Notes: generated from the sequence alone by a model not told the origin. DNA of 36,378 nucleotides from Candidatus Glassbacteria bacterium RIFCSPLOWO2_12_FULL_58_11 (GCA_001780825.1 MFIX01000003.1:1-36378), one strand, 5' to 3'. Shown: positions 1 to 10,498, numbered from the stretch's first letter. Made by a program: numbers and translations.

Positions 1-1459
1 CGGAAACGTAGCGGTTCATGTCCCACTTGATGAACCGGATGTTGTTCTCCGTCAGCAGCTTATCCAGTACATCCAGGAGGTATTGTTTCACCTCCTCGCG
101 CGCCAGGTTGAGCACGAGCTGGTCGCGGCCGAGGTGCGCGGTGCGGTGCGGAGTGTGCAGCGCCCAGTCCGGGTGGGCCCGGTAGAGGTCGCTGACCGGA
201 TTGACCATCTCCGGCTCGACCCAGAGCCCGAAATCCATCCCCAGCTTGTTGACCGCCTCGATCAGGGGTTTCAGCCTCTGCGGAAATTTTACCGGGTCCG
301 GGGTCCAGTCGCCCAGTCCAGACTCGTCGCCCACGCGGCCGCGGAACCAGCCGTCATCCATCACGAACAGCTCCACCCCCACCTCGGCGGCGACTTTCGC
401 CAGGGCGATCTGCTGGCTTGAATTAACATTAAATCCGGTGGCGTACCAGCTGTTGTAAAGCACCTTAGCCGGCTGACTGGCGGCATCGGCGGGCAACACG
501 TGTTCCAGCAGGTAGCGGTGCAGGCTGCGGCTGGCCCCGGAGGGTCCCTCCTGGGTGAAGCCGAAGATCAGTTTGGGAGTCTCGAACTTTGTGCCCGGTT
601 TCAGGTTCCAATGAGTGTTCCACCAGTTTATCCCGCCGGCCACCTGGGCCGCTTCGCCGGGGTTGACCGCGCAGTCGATACGCCAGTTGCCGGTCCAGGC
701 CACCTCGCCGAACCAGACCGGGCCGTGGAACTCATCCCGCTCCCCAGCCGGCCGCAACATGTAAAACGGCGGGCCGGGCTGGCTCTTGAGCGCCTTGATC
801 GACAGGGATTTAACGCCCGGCGTGAGCAGGCTGGTGCGCGGGAAAAACTCGCGGCCCCACTCGCCGGAAAGCTGGGTCAGCTCGTACTGGCCGGCCGGGA
901 GCACAGTCGATCCTGATAAGGCCTGCTCCACCAGAATATTCTTCTGGCCCGTGTTCTCGAGGACCAGCCATTTCTCGTAGATATCGAGCTCCGGGATCAG
1001 GCGGATGTACTCCGATACCCGGAGCGGGTAGTAAGTGTCGCGGAGGTCGAAGCGGATGTAGGGGTAGCCGTCGAGCTGGCCGGTCTCCTGGCCGGCATAA
1101 ACCAGCTCCAGCTCGCGCACGTTGTCCCCGAACACTACCTCAAGCGCGGGCTCCATAGCCTGGAAGCCGCCGCGGTAAGGAATTTCGCGGATACTGGTGC
1201 CGATCTTTTTTGGCGGGATCCAGGAGGCCCCCGGAGCGGCTTCAAACAGCCGTCCATTCGAGAGCGGACCGAACCAGCCGGGGGCGAGGTTGCTGTCCGG
1301 AGCCAGAAAAACCTGGTAGCTGGAATTGGCCGTGGAAAGTGTCCAGCGCAAGGGATCGCTGTCCTGCCGAATCGCCTCGGATGGACTGGCCGCCTGTAGA
1401 GAGATTAGCCTGAACAAACAAGCCGGTATCAGGAAAGCAGCTAGCTGAAAACGTCTCAT
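1..1459 (-). CDS. GH36 alpha-galactosidase with an N-terminal signal-like segment. Partial: the C-terminus runs off the left edge.
   Basis: Absent from the ORF track because it is open to position 1. My reverse-strand translation starts at ATG 1459-1457, with GAGGAGG 6 nt upstream. It reads MRRFQLAAFLIPACLFRLISLQAASP... and contains ELFVMDDGWF, GLWVEPEMVNP and FIKWDMNR, the GH36 nucleophile motif. Plus-strand ORFs 83-1413 are antisense to it. Confidence 0.8.
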   Translation of the reverse strand, partial: MRRFQLAAFLIPACLFRLISLQAASPSEAIRQDSDPLRWTLSTANSSYQVFLAPDSNLAPGWFGPLSNGRLFEAAPGASWIPPKKIGTSIREIPYRGGFQAMEPALEVVFGDNVRELELVYAGQETGQLDGYPYIRFDLRDTYYPLRVSEYIRLIPELDIYEKWLVLENTGQKNILVEQALSGSTVLPAGQYELTQLSGEWGREFFPRTSLLTPGVKSLSIKALKSQPGPPFYMLRPAGERDEFHGPVWFGEVAWTGNWRIDCAVNPGEAAQVAGGINWWNTHWNLKPGTKFETPKLIFGFTQEGPSGASRSLHRYLLEHVLPADAASQPAKVLYNSWYATGFNVNSSQQIALAKVAAEVGVELFVMDDGWFRGRVGDESGLGDWTPDPVKFPQRLKPLIEAVNKLGMDFGLWVEPEMVNPVSDLYRAHPDWALHTPHRTAHLGRDQLVLNLAREEVKQYLLDVLDKLLTENNIRFIKWDMNRYVS

Positions 1460-1577
1460 TCCAGGCCTCCTCTTCGGATGAATACCGGCTGAGTCGACTG
1501 GTCTGGACATTCCTGGCAATCTTACCCTGATCATAGTCGAATCAGGCAAAATCCGATGGCACTTTTATAACCCACTC

Positions 1578-2276
1578 TCAGGTGGCCGTCCGGTTTGATT
1601 CCGGGCCGGCCGCGGCCGGAGCGGCGGTATCTGAAGGATCATCATCCGGGCCGCCGGGTTTATGCCTCCGGCCCATCCGCTGGTGGCGGTAATGGGTCCG
1701 GATATAGCGGTACACGATAATAGCGTAGCCGAGGATCGAGGCGGCCACCAGCACCACCACCAGCATCTGGAGTTGCAGAATCAGCCGGCCGGAGGCATTC
1801 AAAGTATAGGCCGAGATCAGCATGGCCACGCTGAATGAATAGATTTTACCCCAGAAATTGGCGGGGAAAACTATCTTGTAGCGCCGGATCAGCAGCGCGC
1901 TGGTCAGCATGATAAGAATGTCCCGGCTTACGATCAGCAGGAAAAGCCAGATAGGAAAAGAGCGCAGGACTATCATGAAGATGGCCAACGCCCCCAGGCA
2001 GATTTTGTCCGCCAGGGGATCGATAATCTTGCCGAAACTCGAAATGCCGTGCCGCAGCCGGGCCATCCAGCCATCCAGCATATCGGTCAGAAAGGCGGCA
2101 AGCATCAGGCCGATGGCCCAGCGGTCACCCTGGGGGGTTCTCTGGAAGAGGCTGATATAGATAAATGGCAGCAACAGCACGCGCAGCACGGAGAGGAAGT
2201 TGGACAGGGTCCAGATATTCAGCTCGCGGATTCGCGTATAAGGGATGGGAACTTTTTTATACCGGACGAGTTTCAC
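1578..2276 (-). CDS. pgsA: CDP-alcohol phosphatidyltransferase (PgsA-like phosphatidylglycerophosphate synthase)
   Basis: Carries a complete DG-x2-AR-x8-G-x3-D-x3-D motif (DGWMARLRHGISSFGKIIDPLAD). The protein is polytopic and hydrophobic. The GTG start forms a GTGA overlap with the recN stop. The basic, Pro-rich C-terminal tail is unusual. Confidence 0.7.
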   Translation of the reverse strand: MKLVRYKKVPIPYTRIRELNIWTLSNFLSVLRVLLLPFIYISLFQRTPQGDRWAIGLMLAAFLTDMLDGWMARLRHGISSFGKIIDPLADKICLGALAIFMIVLRSFPIWLFLLIVSRDILIMLTSALLIRRYKIVFPANFWGKIYSFSVAMLISAYTLNASGRLILQLQMLVVVLVAASILGYAIIVYRYIRTHYRHQRMGRRHKPGGPDDDPSDTAAPAAAGPESNRTAT

Positions 2277-4003
2277 CTGGCCGGTTCTCCTTTACGGCTG
2301 GCCTGGAGGATCTGGCGCGCATGGGCGAGCGAGGTCTCGCTCCCGGCATCCCCGCCGAGCATCCGCGCGATCTCAGCCGGCCGCTCCTGCTTGGTCAGGC
2401 CGCGCACCCGGGTTGTGGTCCGTCCATCTTCCGTGAACTTCTCCACTAACAGGTGGATGTCCGCAAAGCCGGCGATACTGGCCAGGTGGGTAATCACCAG
2501 CACCTGATTTTTTTGGGCGATTTCGTCCAGGTACACCCCGACCATTCCACCCACTTTGCCGCCTATTCCGGCATCCACCTCATCAAAAATCATCGTTGAG
2601 GGAGATTCGATCTCGACCAGGGAGCTCTTGACCGCCAGCATAATCCGGGACAGCTCGCCTCCCGAGGCGACCTCCGAGAGAGGCATCAGCGGGATTCCCG
2701 GATTGGTGGAGAGCAGAAAGGTAATCCTGTCGGCCCCACTGGTCAAGTACTCCGTGCCCGAGCCTGCCGCCTCAGTGCCCGCGAACTCGATCTCGAACCT
2801 GCCGCCGCTCATGCCCAGCCCGGACAGCCTCCGGCTGACCTCTTTCCCGAGCCGGACCGCCGATTGTTTGCGGGCCTGGGTCAGATTGGCGGCCGCCTCC
2901 GCCAGGCTTGCGGAAAGCTCCCGGATTTCAGCGCGCAAGCCCGCCAGCTCATACTCATCCTGGCCGGCCTCAGCCAAGCGGGCCTCCAGCTTTTCCCGGA
3001 AAGCGAACACTTCCTCCAGCCCTGAGCCGTACTTTTTTTTCAGCTTGAAAAGCTCGTCCAGACGGTTGCGCACCTGCTCGAGGCGGCCCGGATCATGCTC
3101 CAGTCCGGCCTGAAGGTCCCGCAACCCCCGGGCCACCTCCTCCAGCGCATAGCGCGCCCCCTCGAACTGTTCCAGCAGCGGGGCAGCCCTTCCGGTCATG
3201 GCGCTCAACGATTCGAGGACCCGGCGCAGTCCCCCCAGAGAGCTCAGCACCGTCACATCCCGGCCTTCCGCGCTAAAGAGCCCTCCCGCCTCGCCCTCGA
3301 GAGCCTCCAGCAGCCCGGAGAGCGCCTCGGAGATTTTTTCCGAGTTCTCCAGCAGCTGAATTTCCTCCTCGAGAGCTTTTTCCTCCTCCAGGCTCAGCCC
3401 GGCGCGGTCGATTTCGTCCCGCTGGAATCGCGCCAGCTCCGCCTCTCTTTGCCTGCGCTCCAACCCCTCTTCCAGCTCGGCCAGCCGCCGGCTGCCCTGG
3501 CGATACCGGTTCAGCAGGGCTGCAAAAGTTTTCCTCTGCGGCTCGAGACCGCCGAAAAAATCCAGCAGCTCGAGCTGGCGCACGGGCTTAACCAGCATCT
3601 GATGCTCCTGCTGGCCGTGGACCTGAATCAGCTCCTCGCCCAGACGGCGGAGCATAGCCAGATTTGCCAGGGCGCCGTCGACAAAGCAGCGGCTGCGGCC
3701 GGAAGCGGAAATTTCCCGGCGGATGACAATCTCCGGGCCCGAGTCGGCCGTCAGGACCCCCTCTTCCTTGAGCTGTCCGAGCTGCGCCTCGCCCAGGCTG
3801 AACAAGCCCTCGACCAGCGCTTTTTCCGCGCCGGCGCGCAGCATCAGCGAGGAGGTTTCGCCGCCCAGCAGCAGCTCGACCGCGCCCAAAAGGATAGATT
3901 TGCCGGCGCCCGTTTCGCCGGAAATGACGTTCAGGTGGTCACCGAATTCAATGTCCACCCGATCGAAGAGGACGAAATCGGTTACTCGCAAGACCTGAAG
4001 CAT
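2273..4003 (-). CDS. recN: DNA repair protein RecN
   Basis: The canonical N-terminus MLQVLRVTDFVLFDRVDIEFGDHLNVISGETGAGKSIL contains a Walker A motif. There are long coiled coils and a C-terminal SGGELSRIMLA signature followed by FDEVDAGIGG. I place the start at ATG 4003, 9 nt after the nadK stop. The 662-aa track ORF (to 4261) adds an Arg/Pro-rich extension that overlaps nadK. Confidence 0.9.
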   Translation of the reverse strand: MLQVLRVTDFVLFDRVDIEFGDHLNVISGETGAGKSILLGAVELLLGGETSSLMLRAGAEKALVEGLFSLGEAQLGQLKEEGVLTADSGPEIVIRREISASGRSRCFVDGALANLAMLRRLGEELIQVHGQQEHQMLVKPVRQLELLDFFGGLEPQRKTFAALLNRYRQGSRRLAELEEGLERRQREAELARFQRDEIDRAGLSLEEEKALEEEIQLLENSEKISEALSGLLEALEGEAGGLFSAEGRDVTVLSSLGGLRRVLESLSAMTGRAAPLLEQFEGARYALEEVARGLRDLQAGLEHDPGRLEQVRNRLDELFKLKKKYGSGLEEVFAFREKLEARLAEAGQDEYELAGLRAEIRELSASLAEAAANLTQARKQSAVRLGKEVSRRLSGLGMSGGRFEIEFAGTEAAGSGTEYLTSGADRITFLLSTNPGIPLMPLSEVASGGELSRIMLAVKSSLVEIESPSTMIFDEVDAGIGGKVGGMVGVYLDEIAQKNQVLVITHLASIAGFADIHLLVEKFTEDGRTTTRVRGLTKQERPAEIARMLGGDAGSETSLAHARQILQASRKGEPAR

Positions 4004-4011
4004 GGCGCGTA

Positions 4012-4878
4012 TTATTTCCTCTCCCTTTCTCCCCATTTCAGTTTGCCGCGCAGCCGCGAGAAAAATGAGCCCTCGAAGGGTTTCACCAGGCGGGTAACCT
4101 GGGGTGACCGGGTGACGATCACCCGGTCCTCTTCTTTGATGCTGTGGCTCAACTGGCCATCCACGGTCAGCATGACATCCTGGTGCTTGGACTGCTCCGA
4201 GAGGGAGACGGGATAGTCGGCGGGGACCACGAGCGGTCTGACCGCCAGGGTGTGGGGGCAAATCGGGGTTATTGCAATCGCATTCATCTGGGGATAGAGA
4301 ATCGGTCCGCCGGCGGAAAGTGAGTAAGCGGTCGAGCCGGTGGGAGTGCTGATAATCACTCCATCCGCCGGAAATACGCCGACCAGGTCCTCGCCGGTTT
4401 TCAGGTCGATCAGGATCGGGCGGGCCAGAGAGCCCTTGTGCAGGACAACATCGTTAAGCGCGGTAAAGGAGGACACCTGGCCTTCCGCGCTGACCACCTC
4501 CGCCTTGAGCATCATCCGCTCTTCCACCGCATAGTCGCCGGCCAGGATCCGCTCGAAATGCGCCCTGAATTCCTCCAGCGAGCTGGTGGTGAGAAAGCCG
4601 AAATTGCCCAGGTTCACCGCCAAAATCGGCACCCCGAAGATCCCATCGACCCGGGAAGCCGCCAGCACCGTCCCGTCGCCGCCAAACGCGACGATCAGCG
4701 AAAGCCCGGGCGGCGGATGGCCCTCCTCGAAAACCTGAAATGAAGGCCGGTGAAAGATACCGGCCAGCTCAGCGCCGACCCAGATGCCGACCTTCTTTTC
4801 GAGAAGGTAATCCAGACACGGGCCGATCTGGGATTCGACATCCTTATGATAGATGTTTACCTTTAAGACTATGTTCAT
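4012..4878 (-). CDS. nadK: NAD+ kinase
   Basis: Contains the GGDGTVL and NLGNFGFLT motifs and TPTGSTAYSLSAGGPI. It overlaps the dxs 3' end by 35 nt. Confidence 0.9.
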   Translation of the reverse strand: MNIVLKVNIYHKDVESQIGPCLDYLLEKKVGIWVGAELAGIFHRPSFQVFEEGHPPPGLSLIVAFGGDGTVLAASRVDGIFGVPILAVNLGNFGFLTTSSLEEFRAHFERILAGDYAVEERMMLKAEVVSAEGQVSSFTALNDVVLHKGSLARPILIDLKTGEDLVGVFPADGVIISTPTGSTAYSLSAGGPILYPQMNAIAITPICPHTLAVRPLVVPADYPVSLSEQSKHQDVMLTVDGQLSHSIKEEDRVIVTRSPQVTRLVKPFEGSFFSRLRGKLKWGERERK

Positions 4879-6769
4879 CTAGGCGCTCGCCGACCGCTTT
4901 CCGGACAAAGGACTCGATCCCGGCCGGGGAAAGACCCAGGCGCTCGAGCACAGTGCTGCGTTTGGCTTGTTTGAGGAATTGATCCGGAATGCCGAGGTGG
5001 GAAATCCGGGCCGCAGTCCACGGCCTGCCGGAGGCATATAAACCGACCTGAGAGCCGAATCCGCCGCACAGGACATTCTCCTCGACCGTCACCACCGTCT
5101 CGTAATTATCCAGAATCCAATCCAGGATTTCCTGATCCATCGGTTTGATGAAGCGGCAGTTCACCACGGTGGCGTTCAGGCCCTCTTTCGCCAGCAGCTT
5201 GCTCGCCCACAGGGAGGGATAAACCATCGAGCCGGTGGCCAGTATCGCCACATCGCCGCCCTGTTCGAGAATTTCCCAGGAGCCGATCGCCAGCTCCCTG
5301 AACCACAACGAGCGCCCCATTCCAACCCCGCTGCCGCGCGGGAAACGGATACTGAAAGGTGCCTTTTCCTGAAGGAAGGCGGTATAGAGCAAGTCCCGCA
5401 GCTCCACTTCATCTTTGGGGGCGGAAACAATCATATTGGGGATCAGGCTCATGAACGAGAGGTCGAACACCCCGTTATGTGTCGGCCCGTCATCCCCGAC
5501 GATTCCCGCCCGGTCGAGAGCGAACACCACCGGCTGCTCCTGAAGGGCCACTTCCAGCATAGTCATATCGAAAGCGCGCTGGATGAACGTGCTGTAGATG
5601 GCAACCAGCGGACGGGCGCCGACCTTGGACATACCGGCGGCAAAGGTTACCGCGTGTTGTTCAGCGATCCCGACATCAAAAAAGCGCCCCGGGAAAGTGT
5701 CACGGAACTTGTCCAGACCCGTTCCGTCCGGCATGGCCGCCGTGATCGCCAATATCCGCGGGTTGACCTCGGCCAGCTCGACCGCCGCATCGCCGAATAA
5801 GCGCGAATAGCTCGGAATCCGCGAGGGGATCGACCTGCCGGTCGCGGAGTCGAAAGCCGGCGTGCCATGGAAGAGGGTTGGATTTTCCTCGGCGTGCTCG
5901 TAGCCCTTGCCCTTCTTGGTCAGGACATGCAGCAGCTGCGGGCCCTCGAGGTCCTTTATCGAATTCAGGGTGCTGATCAATTCATCCAGATTGTGCCCGT
6001 CGATCGGGCCGAAATACTTGAAGCCCAGCTCCTCAAACAGCATCCCGGGAAGCACCAGGTTTTTCAGCGATTCCTCGAGACGGCGGGCGAAATTTCGCAC
6101 CTCTTCCTTGCCGACCGGGAGCTTCTCGGTAACATCCCAGATGTCTTTCTTGAACTTGTTGTAGCGCGGGTCGAGAATAATGCTGTTCAGGTAGCGGGAA
6201 AAGGCGCCGACGTTGGGCGAAATGGACATCTGGTTGTCGTTGAGGATCACCAGCAGGTTGCGGCCGCTGGCTCCGGCATTGTTCAGACCCTCGTAAGCCA
6301 GGCCGCCGGTCAGCGCGCCATCGCCGATCACCGCGATCACTTTGAAATTTTCACCGGCCAGGTCCCGGGCCGTGGCAAAGCCCACCGCCGCGCTGATCGA
6401 GGTGCTGGCATGCCCGGCGATAAAAGAGTCGCAGGGGCTCTCCTCGGGGCTCGGGAATCCGCTCAGGCCGCCATCCTGGCGGAGTTTTTTGAAGGCCTCT
6501 TTCCGGCCGGTCAGAATTTTATGGACATAGCACTGGTGCCCGACATCCCAGATGATTTTGTCTCGCGGGCTGTCGAAAATATAGTGCAGGGCGACTGTCA
6601 GCTCGGCGATTCCGAGGTTGGGCGCCAGATGGCCTCCGCACTCGCAGACCACGGAGACCAGGTACTCGCGAATCTCCTGGCAGAGCTGTTTCAGTTCTTC
6701 ATTAGCCAGCGCCTTGACATCCGCCGGCCCTTCTATCCGGCTCAGTTTCGAACCCGGTTTCAGCGGCAC
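4844..6769 (-). CDS. dxs: 1-deoxy-D-xylulose-5-phosphate synthase
   Basis: 641 aa. Contains the GHxST motif (IAGHASTSISAAVG), the TPP-binging GDGALTGG and a transketolase-like C-terminal half. GTG start. Confidence 0.95.
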   Translation of the reverse strand: MPLKPGSKLSRIEGPADVKALANEELKQLCQEIREYLVSVVCECGGHLAPNLGIAELTVALHYIFDSPRDKIIWDVGHQCYVHKILTGRKEAFKKLRQDGGLSGFPSPEESPCDSFIAGHASTSISAAVGFATARDLAGENFKVIAVIGDGALTGGLAYEGLNNAGASGRNLLVILNDNQMSISPNVGAFSRYLNSIILDPRYNKFKKDIWDVTEKLPVGKEEVRNFARRLEESLKNLVLPGMLFEELGFKYFGPIDGHNLDELISTLNSIKDLEGPQLLHVLTKKGKGYEHAEENPTLFHGTPAFDSATGRSIPSRIPSYSRLFGDAAVELAEVNPRILAITAAMPDGTGLDKFRDTFPGRFFDVGIAEQHAVTFAAGMSKVGARPLVAIYSTFIQRAFDMTMLEVALQEQPVVFALDRAGIVGDDGPTHNGVFDLSFMSLIPNMIVSAPKDEVELRDLLYTAFLQEKAPFSIRFPRGSGVGMGRSLWFRELAIGSWEILEQGGDVAILATGSMVYPSLWASKLLAKEGLNATVVNCRFIKPMDQEILDWILDNYETVVTVEENVLCGGFGSQVGLYASGRPWTAARISHLGIPDQFLKQAKRSTVLERLGLSPAGIESFVRKAVGERLDEHSLKGKHLS

Positions 6770-6905
6770 GTCAGTTCCCTTTCCCCGGAGAGCTACCCGG
6801 TCCGGACAAGCGAAACCTGCTGAAATTCCCTTATCTGCAAGAGATTATCTCAATTTAACGTACTGAAAATAAAGGTTCAAGATAAATCTGCCGAAGCTCC
6901 GATTA

Positions 6906-7811
6906 TCAATAGTTCCGGGTAAGGACAAACCCGGCGAGTCCGCCCAGGATGCCCTCCCCGTCCAGCCGCGCCCGCTCGAGAGCGGCGATGGATTTTTCGA
7001 CCGCCCCGGCAGCCAGCTTCCGGCTCTCTACCAGACCATAAAGAGCCGGAAAAGTGGCCTTGCCCCGCGCCTGGTCGGCGCCCGCTGTCTTGCCCAGGAC
7101 CCGCGAGTCGCCTTCGACATCCAGCAGGTCATCGACAATCTGGAAAGCCAGGCCGAGTTGTTCTCCGTATTCCGCCAGGGCCGCGAGCTTTTTCCGGTCC
7201 GCGCGGGCGAGCCTACCCCCCAGAGTGCAGGAAACCCGGAGCAGGGCCCCGGTCTTGTGCGAGTGGATATAGTTCAGGGTCTCCCGGCCGATCTCTTTTC
7301 GCTCGCTCTCCAGGTCCACCAGCTGCCCGCCGACAACGCCGCCGCCGCCCAGCGCCGCGGCCACCTCCTCCAGGACCTCGCCGGCTTCCTTCCGGCTCAG
7401 CCTCAGCTCTCCCGCCGAGCGGCCCAGCTCTTCAAAAGCGGCGCACAGCAAGCCCACGCCGGCCAGCAGCGCCCGGCGCTCGCCGAATTTACGATGGCAG
7501 GTCGGCAGTCCGCGCCGGAAATCATCATCGTCCATTACCGGCAGGTCATCGTGAATCAAAGTGTAGGTGTGCAGAAGCTCGAGCGCGCAGGCCCCGTTAT
7601 AAACCGCCTCCACCTCATCCCTGCCGCAGGCCCGGCAGGCAGCCAGCACGAGTATCGGCCGCAGGCGCTTGCCCCCGGCCTCGAGGCTGTAAGCCATCGC
7701 GCCGGCCAGCTCGCCGCCGGGTGCGCCGGGACCGGGCCAGCGGGAGACGATCCTGGCCAGGTGACGCTCCACCGCCTCTTTGCGTTCTTTAAGATAGACG
7801 CCGATATCCAA
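6906..7811 (-). CDS. ispA: (E)-polyprenyl (farnesyl/geranylgeranyl) diphosphate synthase
   Basis: First Asp-rich motif LIHDDLPVMDDDDFRRG and second Asp-rich motif FQIVDDLLD. TTG start with GGGAG upstream. Sits in the classical xseB-ispA-dxs context. Confidence 0.85.
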   Translation of the reverse strand: MDIGVYLKERKEAVERHLARIVSRWPGPGAPGGELAGAMAYSLEAGGKRLRPILVLAACRACGRDEVEAVYNGACALELLHTYTLIHDDLPVMDDDDFRRGLPTCHRKFGERRALLAGVGLLCAAFEELGRSAGELRLSRKEAGEVLEEVAAALGGGGVVGGQLVDLESERKEIGRETLNYIHSHKTGALLRVSCTLGGRLARADRKKLAALAEYGEQLGLAFQIVDDLLDVEGDSRVLGKTAGADQARGKATFPALYGLVESRKLAAGAVEKSIAALERARLDGEGILGGLAGFVLTRNY

Positions 7812-7852
7812 CTGCTGTCGCTCCCTCTACGGCTGCCGCCGCTATCCGGGGG

Positions 7853-8089
7853 TCAGGGTTCCTGGTCCAGGTCTTCCAGATCGAAATCGCCTTCCAGTTT
7901 TTCGATCAGCTTCTGAACTTTCTCCCCGCTCTGCTCCAACTGGTTCCTGGCTTTGAGGGCCAGGTCCACTCCCTCGGTAAAAAGCTCGATTGATTCCTCG
8001 AGCGGCAGCTGCTCATCCTCGAGCCGGCTGACAATCTCATCCAGCCTCCGGCAGTGGTCCTCGAATGTCTTTGTCTTCTTTTCGGCCAT
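7853..8089 (-). CDS. xseB: Exodeoxyribonuclease VII small subunit
   Basis: A 78-aa helical protein (FEDHCRRLDEIVSRLEDEQLPLEESIELFTEG). Its ATG directly abuts the xseA stop (TAA-ATG). Confidence 0.85.
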   Translation of the reverse strand: MAEKKTKTFEDHCRRLDEIVSRLEDEQLPLEESIELFTEGVDLALKARNQLEQSGEKVQKLIEKLEGDFDLEDLDQEP

Positions 8090-9364
8090 TTATTTCTCCG
8101 ATCGTTTATCTTCAGGCCTGAGCCGGGAAATTTCACCCGGCAGGCCGGGCAGTTTCAGCGGTGCCTTTTCCGGATACACGGCTTCCACGCGGCAATCCAG
8201 CGCGCCCTTGCCGAGGATCACCTCGAGCGCATCCCCGGGTGCCAGGCGGACCGCCTCGCGCACGATTTCCCCGGCGGCGGTGCGGGACAGGGAGAAGCCC
8301 CGGTGCAGCACCGAGGCGGGATTGAGCGCCGAGAGGCGGTGCAGGAGGCCGTCCCAGCGGGCCTCGGCCGTAGTCCTGCCGCTCAGCATGGAGCGGCGGA
8401 GACGGTGAGCCAGGTTACGCTGCCGCTGTTCCAGGAAAGCTACCCTGGCGAGCAGCCTTTTCGGCGAGAGGCCCCGCTCCAGGCCATCCAGGGTCTGCCA
8501 GAGGCTGTCCAGACGGTCGCGGCCGGCCCGACTCAGACGGGCGGTCAAGCCGGTCAGGGCCGCGGAGAGCTCGGCGGCGTCCGGCACGGCGAACTCAGCG
8601 GCCGCACTGGGAGTGGGGGCGCGAAGGTCGGCGACAAAATCGGCGATCGTGAAATCCGTCTCGTGGCCCACCGCGCTGATTACCGGGACCGGGCATTCAA
8701 ATATCGCGCGGGCCACTGCCTCCTCGTTGAAGGCCCAGAGGTCCTCCAGCGAGCCCCCGCCCCTGCCGGTGATTATCACCTCCGCCTGGCCCCAGCGGCC
8801 CAGGGCGCGGATACCCCGGGCGATTTCCTCGGCGGCGCCCTCCCCCTGGACCCGGACCGGATAGAGCACGATCCGCACCGGCGGGCAGCGCCGCGAAATT
8901 ACCGAGATGATATCCCGGACCGCCGCCCCGGTGGGCGAGGTCACCACGCCGACCACTGCGGGAAAAGCGGGAAGCGGCCTTTTACGCTCCTGGTCGAACA
9001 AGCCCTCGGCGGCCAGACGGGCCTTGAGCTGCTCGAAAGCCAGCTGCAGGTCGCCCATGCCGTAGGGCCGCAATTCGGCCACCTTGAGCTGATACTGACC
9101 GCTCGGCTCATAGACTGTCAACTCGCCCAGGGCCAGCACTTTCATGCCCCCCTCGGGCTTGAACCGGAGACGGATGTTGAGCTGGCGGAAAAAAACACAG
9201 CGCAGAGTGGCGGCCTCATCCTTGAGCGAAAAATACATATGGCCGGAAGAGTGGTGCGTGAAATTGCTGATCTCTCCCTCGACCCAGACCGGCCCGAAAT
9301 TGCTCTCGAACATGAACTTGATCTCATTGGTGAGCGCGCTGACCGTATATACCTTCGAGCTCAT
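8090..9364 (-). CDS. xseA: Exodeoxyribonuclease VII large subunit
   Basis: 424 aa. Has an N-terminal OB fold ([24 protein letters not shown]) and a catalytic core ([22 protein letters not shown]). Forms an ATGA overlap with folD. Confidence 0.9.
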   Translation of the reverse strand: MSSKVYTVSALTNEIKFMFESNFGPVWVEGEISNFTHHSSGHMYFSLKDEAATLRCVFFRQLNIRLRFKPEGGMKVLALGELTVYEPSGQYQLKVAELRPYGMGDLQLAFEQLKARLAAEGLFDQERKRPLPAFPAVVGVVTSPTGAAVRDIISVISRRCPPVRIVLYPVRVQGEGAAEEIARGIRALGRWGQAEVIITGRGGGSLEDLWAFNEEAVARAIFECPVPVISAVGHETDFTIADFVADLRAPTPSAAAEFAVPDAAELSAALTGLTARLSRAGRDRLDSLWQTLDGLERGLSPKRLLARVAFLEQRQRNLAHRLRRSMLSGRTTAEARWDGLLHRLSALNPASVLHRGFSLSRTAAGEIVREAVRLAPGDALEVILGKGALDCRVEAVYPEKAPLKLPGLPGEISRLRPEDKRSEK

Positions 9365-10260
9365 TTACCGCCGGTCCTTTTTTTCAGAGTCCGCTCGGCC
9401 GAAAGCACCGTGTTGGTCATCAGCATGACTATGGTCATCGGGCCGACGCCGCCGGGAACCGGAGAAATCCTGGAGGCCACCTTGACGGCGCTTTCGAAAT
9501 GCACATCGCCCACCAGACGGTAGCCGCGCTTGGCCCGCGGGTCATCCACCCGGTTGACCCCGACATCGATCACCACCGCGCCGGGCTTGAGCCATTCGCC
9601 CCGGATAAACTCCGGGCTGCCCATCGCCGCCACCACCACATCCGCTCCTTTGACCACCGCGGGCAGGTCCGCGGTGCGGCTGTGGGCGATGGTCACAGTG
9701 GCGTTGGCTCCAGGCGCTTTCTGCAGCAGCATGTTGGCCAGAGGCTTGCCGACAATATTGCTCCGGCCGACAATCACCACGGACTTGCCTTCCAGGTTTA
9801 CCCCGCTGCGCAGCAGCAGCTCCTGCACTCCGGCCGGGGTGCAGGGCCGGAAAGTGTCTACGCCGATCACCAGCCGGCCCAGGGTCACCGGGTGGAAGCC
9901 GTCCACATCCTTGTCCGGGTCGATCGCCTCGATAACCGCAGTCTCATCGATCTGATCCGGAAGGGGCAACTGCACCAGGATACCGTTGATCCGGCTGTCG
10001 GCGTTGAGCCGCCGCACCAACGTCAGCAGCTCCGCCTGGGTAGTCCCGGCGGGCAAATGGTGCGGATCGGAAAATATTCCCAGTTCGGCGCAGGACTTCT
10101 CTTTCATGCCGACATAGACCTGCGAAGCCGGGTCCTCGCCCACCAGGACCACCGCCAGCCCGGGCCGGATGCCCTCTTTTTCCAGAGCGGCAATTCTTTT
10201 TTTCAGCTCCGCCCGTATTTCTTCGGCAACCAACTTGCCTTCGATCAAAGTCGCGGTCAT
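9361..10260 (-). CDS. folD: Bifunctional methylenetetrahydrofolate dehydrogenase/cyclohydrolase
   Basis: Contains [37 protein letters not shown] and [10 protein letters not shown]. Confidence 0.95.
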   Translation of the reverse strand: MTATLIEGKLVAEEIRAELKKRIAALEKEGIRPGLAVVLVGEDPASQVYVGMKEKSCAELGIFSDPHHLPAGTTQAELLTLVRRLNADSRINGILVQLPLPDQIDETAVIEAIDPDKDVDGFHPVTLGRLVIGVDTFRPCTPAGVQELLLRSGVNLEGKSVVIVGRSNIVGKPLANMLLQKAPGANATVTIAHSRTADLPAVVKGADVVVAAMGSPEFIRGEWLKPGAVVIDVGVNRVDDPRAKRGYRLVGDVHFESAVKVASRISPVPGGVGPMTIVMLMTNTVLSAERTLKKRTGGK

Positions 10261-10498
10261 GCTCAGTTTCTCCTGAGGAATTTTTTATAAGATTGTCTAT
10301 TTGTGCTGAAGCAAACATTTGCCGCCCACAGAATTTTTCCAAGGGCTAATGACTTGCGAGGCGCCAAATGACGTTTGTAAAACTATCCGTTTTGAGGATA
10401 TTTTTCAATACAGTTATTCGGGACAGGCGGAATGCCTGGGAGGAAGATTTACCGGGGCAATCAGAAAGGCGCGATACGGCCGGCAGAGTGTCGCAATT

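Noticed and set aside
83-1413. Plus-strand ORFs at the left edge (83-421, 201-458, 500-916, 786-980, 1210-1413).
   Set aside because: All are antisense or out of frame to the minus-strand GH36 alpha-galactosidase. That gene is missing from the track only because it runs off the window.
4004-4261. 86-aa N-terminal extension of the RecN ORF (track start at 4261).
   Set aside because: The extension is Arg/Pro/Gly-rich and overlaps the 3' end of nadK. The canonical RecN N-terminus MLQVLRVTDF... starts at ATG 4003, 9 nt after the nadK stop.
8054-9523. Very long ORFs antisense to real genes. Examples: 8054-9523 (+, 489 aa), 11296-12882 (+, 528 aa), 33341-34891 (-, 516 aa), 31170-32348 (-, 392 aa), 20124-21176 (-, 350 aa), 3095-4216 (+), 5867-6823 (+), 10319-11293 (+), 15816-16628 (+), 7158-7916 (+).
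   Set aside because: Each lies opposite a gene with unmistakable family motifs (xseA, rny, RND pump, MFP, sdhA, recN, dxs, ymdB, pheT, ispA). Their translations are Arg/Gly/Pro/Ala/His-rich low-complexity sequence with no motifs. This is the expected stop-codon-poor antisense frame of GC-rich coding DNA.
10419-10445. ZTP (pfl) riboswitch-like words GGGACAGGCGG ... GCCUGGGA near folD.
   Set aside because: They lie on the plus strand, while folD is on the minus strand. The two words are adjacent and form a simple 5-bp hairpin, not separated sub-domains with a pseudoknot. No plus-strand gene follows.
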